A stretch of 63,775 nt of DNA, the filler included, from Phoronis australis (taxonomy: Eukaryota; Animalia; Phoronida), in assembly GCA_002633005.1 (NCBI GenBank). It is 5 parts of 5 records of this genome, joined end to end, with 100 filler letters (N's around TTAATTAATTAA, not from the genome) between each part and the next. Parts side by side here need not be neighbours in the genome. Positions count along the whole stretch, not along the records: positions 12,465 to 35,463 come from NMRA01001379.1; positions 35,564 to 55,505 come from NMRA01000266.1; 3 more parts are not named here. One strand, given 5' to 3'. Positions 26,664 to 39,046 of the stretch are shown piece after piece. Position numbers and translations under genes: made by a program. Within the stretch, counting starts at the first letter, position 1. The number at the start of each line of letters is the position of its first letter. The notes under the pieces were generated by a model. That model did not search any database and was not told where the DNA came from. It saw nothing but the letters and a program-made list of their open reading frames with translations.

Positions 26664-28350
26664 TACATACCAAATAAACCCTCGTCGGTGTATATCATCA
26701 ATAATTTCCGCATCCTGCTCTGCCTCACAACATGTTTTCCTCACTATCCTGCTTATTCTTAAGCACCTCACAGATTACCGTTATGCTTCCATCATATATG
26801 ACCCCTAGCCCTTGGTAAATTTATGTCGTTCAACATTGCTGTTAGCTTGATCTCATGGGATTTCCGGTGCTGGTATTTCTCGAACTGACGCAGACCTACC
26901 TCAGCTAATGTGTGATATACAACAAACAGTTTAATACCCACGTCGTCGCTCTGTTTGATCCCTGGTAGTCATTGCTACTTCTTCCCAGCTATTTTCTTCT
27001 GAATCGGTTTCCAGTGAATTGCCGTCTTGATTTACAGATGAATCGAAGTCACTGGGTACTCCCCTTGGGAAGCAGTAAACACTTGACAGTCGTCGTCATC
27101 AACCTTCACCTGACTGTTTCCCGCCCCCTCCTTGTCCACGATAGCCGCCGTTTGCTATCTTCGACATTACCTAGATCCAAAGCTCCAGGAAAGTCCCCGA
27201 TGGTCGCATCGACACTTGATATTCAACGCACATTGCGAAATCTTCCCATGTACCACAGTGTGTGGACTTTGATCTTGGCAAGAGGTAGGTACTTGTTGGT
27301 CGAATCTGCCAACTTGCGTGACCACCTCAGACAGGTCGTCCCTCCTTGGTCGATAAAAGTTGATCGAAGCATATTTGAGGTGCAACCCGTGTCTCCCAAC
27401 AATTATACCTTCATCGTCCAGGCATATCCGTTCTTTAAGCACAGATCTCCATTGAAGGTGTGTTCTGTATTAGCACGCTTCAAAGTCTAGCTCTCTTTTC
27501 TCTTGAAACTTCGGTGATTGACTGCTGCTTATTTCGGTGGTCCATCACACGAGTCCGGTTCCGACCGTGTCTGGAAAGTTGCCCAACTTTATAACAGAAG
27601 GAGCCCCTTTCTAAAAAAAGCTGGTCGAATCCCTTATTTTCTCGTGTGATCGGTCGTTCTTAAAACTGCTTCATTGACTACAATGCAGTGCTCGGTTTTT
27701 CATTGCGTGGGTCTTAACATGATTATCGGCCGAGCAAACTATCTTGGAACAGAGCTCGGACCGGTTTCTCGAAAACAAGTCCGGATATCTGTGCAGGTCT
27801 TCAATTACGGTTCATTATTTTCTTCAAGTCGAAAACTTCAACTTACCTGTTGATTACGCTCTGTGTGCAAGGTACAAAGTAGTAAACTGTCTTGCCCCTC
27901 TAAGCTCTAGTTTCCCCGGAATTGCCCGTTAGTTCATTCCGCTTCAGTATGCCTTTTGAATGTAGCAATTCTAGTGCATCCGCCCTAGGTAGGCTGTTGT
28001 GAAACTGTAGGCGCTTAAATGTTAATAGGGAATTGAGAGTGCCGATTCCCTCTCGTCCCAATCCGGGCCATCAGCGTTTCTTTGAAATTGTTCCGGAAAA
28101 CTGTTCATATCATCCTCTTTGGCATCAACATTAACGCGCTTCAATTTAAGTCCACGACAACGTGGAGTTACTTTCAGCAGCAATGCGTTTAAGTTCCAGT
28201 GATGCTTAAGCCCTCTTGTGTTCCATTCTTTCTGCTACCATCTACTGTTGGCATGCCTTCTCTGCTCACCTTCAAGTGTACATAAACTTATCTTCCATTA
28301 AATGTACCTCAAATTTTTGATTTTCTAGGAACAAAGGGCCATTTTTGTGT
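26664..28350 (-). pseudogene. Ancient Gypsy (Gmr1-like) gag-protease-integrase relic
   Basis: Gag DAKEDDMNSFPEQFQRNADGPDWDERE...ILKRNELT; degenerate knuckle FCYKVGQLSRH; protease LLGDTGCTSNMLRSTF...LADSTNKYLPLAKIKVHTLWY...DATIGDFPGA; AMTTRDQ linker; integrase zinc finger follows directly. Confidence 0.75.
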
Positions 28351-29555
28351 GAGGGTCATCAACTCCGTTCGTCTCGTTATTTAGTCGCTTAGTTGAAATC
28401 CACGTGATCACGCCTTGTTAACGTGAGTAAGCCCCAGGCGTGCTCGACCGTTGCTGGGTTTTATCACCAGTTGAGGCAACTTGTCACTGACTTCAGCTAA
28501 TAGCTTTCGGTGTGAAGACAGATTGAAGACTGTTAATTACTTGTATTAATCTCGAACGCATGTTCAGATGTCTCCTCAAACAAAATGTTCCAAGCTGTCG
28601 TCAGTACTGCAAATCCTTGACTTGTGTTGCACTTCTTAGACACTTCCAGCAACTTGTATACTCGTTTATAACTTGCTGGCTCGCTGTTGACTAACGCCGT
28701 AACTGTTGATTATGTAAGTACAACTCAGGTATATCTTTAGTTCAACCCAACACCAACTGTTGTCATTGCCACAAACCCGTGCCTGCACATGCATGGTCTT
28801 TTACAATGTTCTGGAACGTTTAAAGGAGAATGCCATCCGATTTATTTAGTCTGTTTTGCCGTCTTAATCGGTCTATATCCACATCGCCTCGCATATGGTC
28901 GACCTTACCTTGCTAAGAGGTGTCGCGTTAACCTGTGAGGAATGTGAGAAACGACGCTAGCGACGTCAGTGGTTCATATGCAGAGTGAATGCCGCTATGT
29001 TGCAGTGCATCGTTCCTACTTGTCTGAACTAAGCAGCTGCGAGGAAAGCGGGTATATGTTTTTTTTTTACTTCATCGAGAGTCCGAACTGCTTAGGAAGT
29101 GGCACATGGTAGTGAAGAATGAAATGTACGTTGTAAATAGCAAGTAAGAGGCCGTGAAACATCTCCGCGTCTGTGGCCTGCAGACGTCGACAGTGCCTGA
29201 CAAATGCCGGCTTACCAAATAACTCCAAACGTTCCGTTGTCTGAGCTTGCTCACGGCGCCTCTCTAATAGTTCTTCAGCACTGTATTCCTGTTCGAATTG
29301 ATAGCCTATAAAACTTAACGATCTACCTGCGAAGTCGGGACTGATAAACTCTAGATCGTGATAAGTCGGGATTGCGAGTTGCCATGTTGGCGTTTATTAC
29401 TGAGCGTTCTGTTTCAAAATGAATTATTCGCACCCTAACCAATACTTATGTAAAACTGAAACAAAGTCTGTCTCATTAGATGCAATTTGTAATGCCCTTG
29501 GAGTGTTCGTGAGTGCAAAGGATTTGACAAGCCAGCAATAATAAATCACTGCTTT

Positions 29556-30010
29556 ACCGGCTTGAGGCGGCAATAAACGGGACACCGAGGCCGTGTGAGC
29601 TCAGTGTTTGCTGGCAGAAACTGTTGTGAAACAACTCGATTTCCATCCCACGGCCAGGTGTTAGGGGAATCTTTATTTACATTTACATTACTCAAATAAT
29701 GATTGTCAATGTACCACTTCTGCCCTGACGGTGCTTTGGCCAAAACGGAACCTGAATTCGCGGCCCCCCGCACGACGAGCAAGTAGATTTGCAGTTTCGA
29801 GGCTAATTCGCCAACATAATCACGTGCACATTACTTTGGCTCACTAGTATAGTATTTTCTTGGCTGGAAGTTTAGTTTCCACTGAACTTTTGACTGGTTT
29901 ATTTTCGTGATATTTGTTCAGTTTCCGAGCCACTCCGAGTCAATCCGCACGGCCGCGTCGGGGCTGATAGGGCTCCGAGCCACTGGCCAGGATAACAAGC
30001 GCTTTGTGTT
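29556..30010 (-). pseudogene. Degenerate CCP second half and C-type-lectin-like segment downstream of the kringle exon
   Basis: ACYPGQW...C / DSEWLG (needs a frameshift); RKYYTSEPK*CARDYVGELAS...KWYIDN...TWPWDGNRVV...CPVYCRLKP|gtaaag with one in-frame stop. Confidence 0.35.
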
Positions 30011-30551
30011 AAGAACTCAAAAAATCACAAGTCTAAACAACACACACGATCTAGGTTCTCCTGTCTGCATCTCACGGAAACTACTTCAAAATTATCTCTG
30101 AACAGACCCCAAACTCCTGCTACGGACCTTATTGGCCTGCCGAACTTTGTACATGTAGGCTACAGTGTGTCCAAATACCAATAAATCCGTAAGAGCGAAA
30201 TGAAACAACACATATTTTCAAGGGTTTTACATCGAAGTTTGATGATTTATTGGTGTTAAACGATGACTTCGAGCGATAAGCTGACACCAGTAACCTGTGT
30301 TGTAAACTGCTGAACAGACTAGCGTGTGAAGCCAATGACGTCATTGGATAATTTCAGCACCTCCGTCTGCCGTCAGGTGTCAGGTAACGCAACCGTACGT
30401 GTCGTTATGGAGTAGAACTACTCGATCTAAACTGACACAAATTAGGTTGTTTTTTGGGTGGCATGCTCCTTTAACCTTTTCAAGCACATTCTACAGATTT
30501 CCAGAATCAAGTCAATCATTCCCCAAACGTATACTATACTCAAGTACATTC

Positions 30552-30578
30552 CATATATATAAATAAATGAATAAATAA

Positions 30579-30612
<34 letters not shown>
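30552..30612. repeat. (AT)n / (AAAT)n microsatellite
   Basis: Directly visible. Confidence 0.9.
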
Positions 30613-30614
<2 letters not shown>

Positions 30615-30735
30615 TATTATGAACAAATAACAATATCACGGAAAAACACATCATCACTGGCCCTACTCTTTGAGTTATTTCAATCAAGAGTTATATACAT
30701 GTACAATCAAACACTTCGAAACTATATCGCCTTAC

Positions 30736-30861
30736 CCGGCAATCGTGTTGTCATTGATCGAGTGGATACGGGAACTAGTTCGTAGTTCGAAGTGTGCAAA
30801 CTAGACAATTCAGTGAACGGTGGTGCAACGGGCTGTCCACACATCCTCGAAGTTCGACACG
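30736..30861 (-). CDS. Phase 1-1 exon following the kringle (CRTSRMCGQPVAPPFTELS...RLP), CCP/sushi first-half-like
   Basis: tttggctag acceptor, CCG G|gtaagg donor, 126 nt, in frame with the kringle exon. Confidence 0.55.
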
Positions 30862-31250
30862 CTAGCCAAAATATATTTCTTCGAAATATGATTTGTTCAT
30901 AAAATTTGTTACCCAAATTGATATAACTCAATGTAGCGAGGTACTGTACATGATACGTAATACTCGGCAGTGGGCGGACTTTGCATCGAACGAGGTTGTT
31001 TGGCGTCTGAACGACGTTTTCATGCCGTAGACTAGACATCAAAGTTATGAGTAAACTACAAACGCATGAGGTGCCCCTTTGAAGGTAACAGTGTAAAAAT
31101 GTATCTCCTGTTAATAAGTATATAACAAACATGTGTAGGAATCCACGTCAATAGAATCATAGCAAATGCAAGGAGCTTTTGATGTGCATGCCATTGCAGT
31201 GCAGAGGTGCTCAACAGCAAAATCTGATCGTCCTTCGTGCTAATACTTAC

Positions 31251-31535
31251 CTTCATTACACATTTTGATGTCACAACTACGCCACGAGGGCACATCCTCT
31301 GTTTCTATATAACACCAAGGACCACCCTCCCAATGATCTGGATTCCGACAAAGGTTCGTCAATTGCACGACTTTTGACCACTCCTTAAAGGATGAGGCTA
31401 AACGTTTATTTGTGGCCATGTGCCTCTGAACTTCCGGACTACCCCATACTCTGCAATTTTGTCCCGTCTTGGCGTTGTGAACCGGACCGTTGTAGTCAAG
31501 TCCGGTAGGGTCACCTTTGCATCCGAGGTTTTTCA
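31251..31535 (-). CDS. Kringle-domain exon
   Basis: ttcccttgcag acceptor, G|gtaagt donor; C...GLDYNG...TGQNCRVW...NLCRNPD...GPWCY...CDIKMC with all six cysteines. Confidence 0.92.
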
Positions 31536-31989
31536 CTGCAAGGGAAACAAAGATACCTTAAAAGTAGATACTAAGGGCCATCATGGAAAGCAGTGTGAAC
31601 TGATGGGGCTACCCTCATTGTAAATATTACATTAATAGATAAATAAAAGTATATCTTGCTAAGGTTCCCTTTGGATAAGGTCAGTTTACGCAGTGCGCTA
31701 TTTAGAAAGCACTCTTAATACTCTTCGTTACTAAGGTGTTCATTATGGGAAATATTAAACTAATGTGGACCTCTTCGAAAGACCCCGATGTTTCAGATGG
31801 ATCTCAAGGTGGATCAAGAATTGAACTTCAGATGTGTCTACCAGAAACGAATGTGGTTATACAGCATGAGGTCACAGCCTTTAAAACAAATTGACGTCAT
31901 TATGCACGTCTTGCTTGTTTGCGCCGTTTTCCTGAAGGTCTGATTCTTTATCTTCAACAGCATAGTAACGCAATTCAGTTCTGACAGTT

Positions 31990-32680
31990 TTTATTGACAT
32001 GTAACTGTTTCCCATTTCCAACGAATAACTGAACAATAAAATGAGAACCGACATTTCCAAGATCCAAACATACAATCCACCACACATTGTGTTCTCTTTT
32101 GTTGTAGTTCTGTTCAGCTTGGCCATTTGGATTTCGAATGGCGCCAAAACAAGCTGCCGGCAAGGGTAACCAGAGTCCCCAAGACAAACACCAATGCTCT
32201 CATCATTCACAAAACGAGTGCAGACGCGAATGTTGTGAAAAATGCGTGTGCCATGTGTCTATCCTGGCTACTTTGCAACAAGGTTGATGAATTTTGAACT
32301 CGACTGTACATTCATTGACATTTTTCCTGCACTTCCACAATGCTAGTTTCGGTATATTTGGGGCTTGAATAGGAATGTGTGTTCCGTCTATGCATCCTAA
32401 TGCGCATTTCTGTGAATTTGCTGCGTGCATGTATGACAACTGCTTATCGGTCTGCGGGTCTCTGGATGACAACTCTGGCTTTGTAAGCTATTGCCAATGA
32501 AAGGCCGCATACAATCTCCAATGTTCCAGTTGCATAAGAGCGAAGTGCAACCTGCACTTGGATTGCTTGTGGGATAAAGCATCCACGGTTGTATTAAGCT
32601 TCTGGGAAATCTTTCTCAAGTAGAGTTAGCATGTAATTAAATACTGTCTTTGTGAATCGATGCCGCTTTCGGAATTTTCT
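31990..32680 (-). pseudogene. PIF/Harbinger DDE transposase relic
   Basis: RFTKTVF, VQVALRSYATG, LGCIDGTHIPIQAP and LGDSGYP motifs across broken frames; termini not found. Confidence 0.85.
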
Positions 32681-33617
32681 GTCACTTAGTTTAGCTGTTG
32701 TTAATACACTGTGCTTCACTGTAATTTATAGCCGTTAAAAATCCTCTTTACGCAACGGAAACCAACGTGTCATTTAGACCACGTATCCTTGGTATGGTAT
32801 AAATATCTAGTTGTTGCTTGATGACTGACATTTGCTATTATTGAATACCGTTTTTAGTTTGTGATTTGTCGTGTCATGGCAATTTACTCAGCTGACATGG
32901 TCTTAAACAAAATAAACTGGCATTTCTTAGCAAAATCAAAACATATTTCTGCTCTGAATTAGCAACGGTTATGATTAACTTTATACTAGAGAGTGGTTTA
33001 CACCTAAATGTAGTTTATTCCATGCATTTTCTTAGTTTTTGAAGTTTCAGTTAGCTAATGTGAAATGAATACCATCAAATGCAACTAAATAAGCATTTTT
33101 TACGCAAAATAGTAGTCATTTTTTGAAGGAAATTGTTAATTTCCAAGTTCCCCGTCAAACGATGTAATGCGTGGAATACGTTTGGTCAATTGACAAGCAA
33201 TATCAATGGTGAAACACAACAGATCAGAGGACGAGGATGATTTTGAGCGAAATCTGCACAATTTTTATGGAAACAAATCTAGGAGAGTGTGTACGGGCAT
33301 CGCACTCATGTACTTGAAGAATTTAACAATGAATTGGACTTCTCACTTAGCGATTGTTCGTCCTGTTTTAGGCCGTATGAACTCGACCCACTTGTACGAG
33401 AAATGCTGCAGGCTTATGTGAGCCCCAAGCGACTGAACCATGGAGTTCTCAATATTCACGAAACAGACATTTATTATTCACAGACAAAGGCCAAAGTAGA
33501 CCTGGGTCACTCGTATCCATTATTGCCATGATGGTATGAGCCCACGGTGTAAAAACAATGGATAAGTCTACGTGTCGTAGCAATTGATCTGCGCCGTTGT
33601 CTTGGCCCCGGAATCAC

Positions 33618-33774
33618 CAGTGGTGGACTTAGGTGGTAGGATCAAGGGAGCCATGGCTCCCCAAAAGTCTCCTAGATTCCATTTGGCAGTTCGGGGGTGT
33701 GAATATCAGACGGGCAAAACCCTGGCTAATACTCAGTCCTGGCACCCTCACTCAAAATACTGGATTCGCCCCAT
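33618..33774. mobile_element. hAT5-like small element, TSD ATCAC
   Basis: Homologous to 8314-8470; ATCAC at 33613-33617 and 33775-33779. Confidence 0.75.
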
Positions 33775-34729
33775 ATCACAGGACCAAGAATAGAACAAAA
33801 TTATTAATCATTTATAAACTTTGTAAATATACTTTCAAGGTGGCAGGTCCTTCATCGAGCCTCGATTCCTTGAAATGTGCCGACCAAAGTGTGCATCACA
33901 AATTGAATCGCAATTTCCACACAGGCATTCCACTCGATCGTGCGGCGCCATAACCGATGTAAGGTTTGTGCAACTTTAAGAAATTTGAAAAGATAAAAAA
34001 TCTCATTCAAGTTGCAACAGCCTCTACAAACAGCCTTTTTCATGTCTGAAAAGGGCGGCTGTCAGCGGATTTCTGTCACAACACCTCAGCATCACACTGG
34101 TAAAACAACAACGGAGGAGACAAGTCTTCCACCCAATACGTAAAACACCATCATCTTTCCAACTTGCAACCGCTTAGATTTTTTGATCCTAGTACAATAT
34201 TTTATCAGTGACAGCTGGTCTCACAGCAAGCCGTTATTACCCGTAACCAAGGGTGGTTGTCTGTACAGAGTACGTTTGGTTATATAGTACTTCAGTGGTT
34301 CGCAATCTTGCACACGTTCACGTTGAAGACATACGCAATTCGACAAGGTATCGACGAAGAATCCATCCTGTGTGTCGCGGATTCTGTATGTCCCGCTGTA
34401 GTAGTTGTGATTTCCCCCTTGTACAAAATGTGCAAGCTGCATGTACATTTATTTAAATGTCAGCATACTGGCAGGTATTCGTTACATTACCCGTGTGCTT
34501 CTTTCAAATACGCTTACATGTATGCCGAACAATTTCTCCACGGTACAACTGTTACTTTCTAACCGATTTCTGGTCGGTGTTCGACAGGCCAATAAAATTA
34601 ATGCAAAGACTTCGATTTCGACCCAGGTAAAACCTCGCACACAACAAACGAAAGGCGCATTTTAAAGACATGTTACATACATGCACATGTGACAAAAATA
34701 TTCAAATTGCCTTTAAATCAAAAAAGCTA

Positions 34730-35390
34730 TTTAAAGATGGCCTCAGAAAAAACTAAGTTGAAAATGTTAACAAACCCAGAGAGTTTTGGCAGCTAGTAAA
34801 ATTATGCTCCAGGAAAAAAATGATTTCTGCCGATGAAAGGTTTTGCCACTTTCAGTCTCTCTTAAACCAAGAAAATCCTGATAAGGGACGTACATGTATG
34901 CTTGGACAAGCCATGAGGAGTATTGTAATGACTGTCTGGTAGAAGACCCAAATCAGCTGAATGATTTTAGTGAATGTAGGATTTTTGTCGCTCTTCGAGA
35001 CCTGTCGAACGGTAAAGCTCATAGTGGTGACTGACTTGTTTATGATTTTTTAAATCCACCAAATATCATGCACCACCTGTTTTGTCAAACATTTTTAACA
35101 GTGGTCAATCTTGCCTGTTCTCGGGAAAATTTTCAAAAAACTTCTAAATACCGGTTTAACAAGTTGGGCAAACAATAACGACTCAATTAACGAAGCTGAT
35201 GCTGGTTTTAGAAAGGACATTGCACAGTAGACCAAATTTTTACCTTACAAGGAATTGTTCAGAAGTACCATGAGTAAGTGTTGGGGCAGATTTTCTGTTA
35301 TATATATGGATTTTTCTAGAGCCTTTGACAACATTTCACATAAATGTTTGTAGAATAGGCTGCATAAAATAGAGTTCATGGTAGTGTTTA
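34730..35390 (+). pseudogene. Non-LTR retrotransposon reverse transcriptase fragment
   Basis: NGKAHSGD, EADAGFRK..TVDQIFTLQGIVQKY, GRFSVIYMDFSRAFDNISH motifs with frameshifts. Confidence 0.85.
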
Positions 35391-35463
35391 AAGTGGCTTG
35401 GAACGTGAAAAATAGTATAAAATAAGAAAGTAAATGTTACTCATCTTGCATGAAACCTGTATC

Positions 35464-35563
35464 NNNNNNNNNNNNNNNNNNNNNNNNNNNNNNNNNNNNN
35501 NNNNNNNTTAATTAATTAANNNNNNNNNNNNNNNNNNNNNNNNNNNNNNNNNNNNNNNNNNNN
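35464..35563. other. Artificial contig spacer
   Basis: 44N-TTAATTAATTAA-44N. Confidence 0.95.
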
Positions 35564-35721
35564 ATCGAAGATATCTGGGTAGAATGGTTCCAAGAGCAGC
35601 AAACCATTGGATCCTCGGCAGTCTAGACAACAGAAGGATAGGACTAACGTATGAGTAACCACTGGGGATTAAAATTTTAGAGAGAAGTTTTCAATTCAAA
35701 ATTTTTTGCATAGTAAACTTT

Positions 35722-35993
35722 AGGTCTCGCGACGGACCAGGCCAGCTTGATTTGATGTTGAGTTTCAGTGTACTTCTGGTCCCTCGGCGAACTAGTCTTG
35801 TGATTTTTTTTACCAAAGTGTGCTTTGTAAAACTATTTATCTCAGCCAGTACTGTTTCGTCCCGCGACACTTGACAGATCAACTATTTTTATACGGATAA
35901 TAAGCACAGGTCAGTGTACTCTTGGTCTCGTGACGGACCAGGTCAGCTTTTTGTGTACTCTCAGTGTACATCTGGTCCCTCTGCAAACTAGTC
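35722..35993. repeat. Two diverged ~70-bp direct repeats about 200 bp apart
   Basis: ggtctcg.gacggaccagg.cagctt...tcagtgtac.tctggtccctc...aactagtc at ~35723 and ~35924. Confidence 0.7.
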
Positions 35994-37710
35994 CAGTGTA
36001 TCTTTTCACCACTGTGCACAGGATGTTTTGGTTTCGTGAAACTGGTTTCAGATGATTTGTTTCCTGATAGATTTGACGTTTTTCAATTGTTGTCAACGTG
36101 ATTCAGCTTAATAAAGTGATACCTAATTATTTATTGTCGCTTTTGATAATAGACTATGAGTTGAGAGCACCATCGTTCGCCAGTTTTTCTCGTAACGAGA
36201 CAGAACACATGTTTATTTCCGGACTAACAGTACAGGTCTTCGTTCTTAAACAACTTGAGGCTGCTGTTATGCGATCATCTGATATTCAAGTTTTTACGCC
36301 CCGTCGGTGCTCCTTAATTATGCTCTTGAATATTTGGAAATTGTTTTAACCCATGCATACACACCACACTTTTTCGTATACGACTTTTCGTATTCTAAAA
36401 AAGGTGCGTGTAAGCAGATGTTGCAAGAATAATTTTTGCTGGTGGCGTGACTCATACCCAGATGTGCACAATATGGTTTCACTAAACTTATGTGCCAAGT
36501 TCATGTGACGAAATCCAGAAGGGTTTTTAATTATCTTAAGAAAATCTCCAGAGACAAGTTAAGTGCCAGAAACTTACCAGGATGCATGGAAGTTTCACTA
36601 TTTGACTACAAAAACAAAAAAAATATCTTACACGGGAGGGGGCTTTCCCCTCCCGACCTTCCCCCGCTCGGCGGCACGCACCTAGGATTCGACCTTGGCG
36701 GGAATCCTAAAACCCCCTTGCTGAAAACGTAGATCCGCCACTGGCAACTGTCGACAGTACTCGTGAACTGTAAAGGACCAGGCCAGGGGCAAATGGGAAA
36801 CGCGGACCAAAATGGTCGGAACAGTGGGTGACGGAGATGTGAAAACATTGGGCTTACTAGATTTATGAATTACCACGCCATCCAAACTATCAAAGTAGAC
36901 CCATGGAGTTGACGTGGTCGGCAGTATGCATACTCGATATCAACTGTTCATGTACAAGTGTCGAAGTATGATCAAAATAAGTCAATAGGCTCGAAGTTTA
37001 TTTTTGCGTACTGGCCGGTGTATATCAGTAGGCCTAGCCAACATTAAGCGGGGGTGATTCGAATTTCTGAAACGATGGGCCTTAGCTATTTTTACAAATG
37101 TCGACACTGTAGTTTTCGGTAAGGCCCTCGGCTTGATTAATGAGGATGTTGTGATGGTTGCTCACAAAGAACGGGACACAAATTTGGATGTAATGTGATC
37201 TAGAAAGAGAACCTTTTCGCATTACCTCCTGCCAAAATTTCAAATCAGCCATGCTTAATGAGTGATTACACCTCATTGCATACTCGGAAGGAAATATGAA
37301 GACAGTTGAGTCGGCCGCGAATGACTTCTTTGACGAAATTGTTTATCTGGTTGTATTTTTGCGTGTCACTTTAGTTGCTTACATCGCTGAAAATGGGAAC
37401 AGCCCACTATTTTGAAGGTTCACTTCTTCGAAGATTCACTACTCCGAAGGTTCATTGCTCCAAAACTATGGGTCAACTTACGAACTCAGACGTACAGTAG
37501 TGTAAACTTTTACAAGCAAAAACAAACGATACTTCGGTTATTAGATGCACCTATACCGCAATCAACGCCCGGACACTAAAACACTTTATTTGGACTTACA
37601 TGTACGTAGACAGCGACTACCGTCTCTAGCTGGCCAGTACAACAAGAAACGGTGGTCAGATTTCACGCGCATGCAAATTTGCCCGCATGTCTTAAAATGA
37701 GTGCGTACTT

Positions 37711-37954
37711 CATAAGCACACCCAGCCTTAATATGGGGGTGCTCGAATCTGACAAAGTGGTCCTTCTGCAAACAAAATAGCGGGAGGACTAAAAAACGGG
37801 GTACCTTCAGGTTTGTGACTGCGTCTGCGCCTTTTTAGTGGACTTTTGTGCCGTTTTCTCGGACTTGTCGTTTCTCTGAGGTGGACGTTTTTACCTACTT
37901 CGCCAAATGGGGGGCTCGAACGAGCCCCCCGAGCTCTCCCTGGGTGCGCGCATG
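37711..37954. mobile_element. MITE, 5-bp TSD TACTT
   Basis: CAT...ATG termini; TACTT at 37706-37710 and 37955-37959; same family as 8573-8847. Confidence 0.8.
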
Positions 37955-38748
37955 TACTTGCATTTTTTAAAATGATGATGAATTAGTAGGCATACTGATG
38001 AATTACCAGCCACGATACATTCATTAAATCCATGTCAAGATCGCAACGCAGCGCGACTAAAAGATTTGGGGTCGCTGCGGCTCAACCTCGCCGAAGGAAG
38101 CACGTACATGACCGGGTCGAACTAAGTGAACTAAGCCACCCTGTCTGTGCCAGTCTTGACGAAGTCAGGGAGTCCATTCAGTCTTCTTAATTTTTAGATA
38201 TCGTTGTAGTTAGTAGGCTACTACCAGTAGCTGCAACAATATTTTTGTTGTTTTGCATTATCCTATCTTTTGCGGATATGCTGGACCTGGACCTTTTCAG
38301 CGGGGAGACGGGGTTCGAGCGAACCCCCCAAAGCCCTCCTGACTACGGGCCTGTCGTCAGTAGGCCTACTGTGTTGACAATTAATGTGAGTATATACTTG
38401 ACTGTCGCCGGTTATATGACGATGCCATAGCTCGGCATCTGGTAGTCCAATTGAGCGACCACTCCACCGGTTCCATTTTACCATCTGACTGGGACATAGT
38501 TCTCGATGAAGATTTCCGGCTTGAAATCAATAAAATGTGTACAGTGTGTTGGTCTGGGTGAACTTGTGAAGTACATTATCTCACCTTTTGAGGAAAATTA
38601 AAAGAATTGACTCGTCCAAGTCCCATCACAAGCCCGTTCTCATCATTTGAGTTTCACCTCTTTCAATTTCACGTGTGGGTCCGTCATTGATGGTTCGCAT
38701 TTTTGGTTTCTCTTTCCCTTCCGAAGTTCCAGCCCTCCTATCCTTATC

Positions 38749-39046
38749 CAGTGGCGGATTTAGGGGTGGGGGGCAAGGGGGCCATGGGCCCCTAAAATTC
38801 TAGTAGATACCACTTGGAAGTGCGGGCACGCGCGCATCCAGGGGACCTCGGGGGGGGGGTGAATAAACAATATGTAGGCCTTGAAAAAACCCTTTACCGT
38901 CTTTTTAGTTATAAGGTCTGCAAACCCAAAGATTCAAGACCCCTGCATCCCTACATTTTAGTCTGGGCGCGTTCATGTAGGCTACCGAAATCAGGTTATT
39001 TCTGCTACGCCCTGCCCCCTAACTCAAAATCCTGGATCCACCCCTG
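38749..39046. mobile_element. hAT5-like small element, TSD TTATC, with a nested ~150-bp MITE
   Basis: Ends match 8314-8470; TTATC on both sides; extra CACGCGCGCA...GCGCGTTCATG insert at ~38827-38977. Confidence 0.75.

Noticed and set aside
26972-27490. 172-aa plus-strand ORF
   Set aside because: Antisense shadow of the Gypsy protease relic
34236-34437. Possible degenerate PAN-like exon upstream of the kringle
   Set aside because: Two stops and incomplete cysteine pattern; similarity too weak
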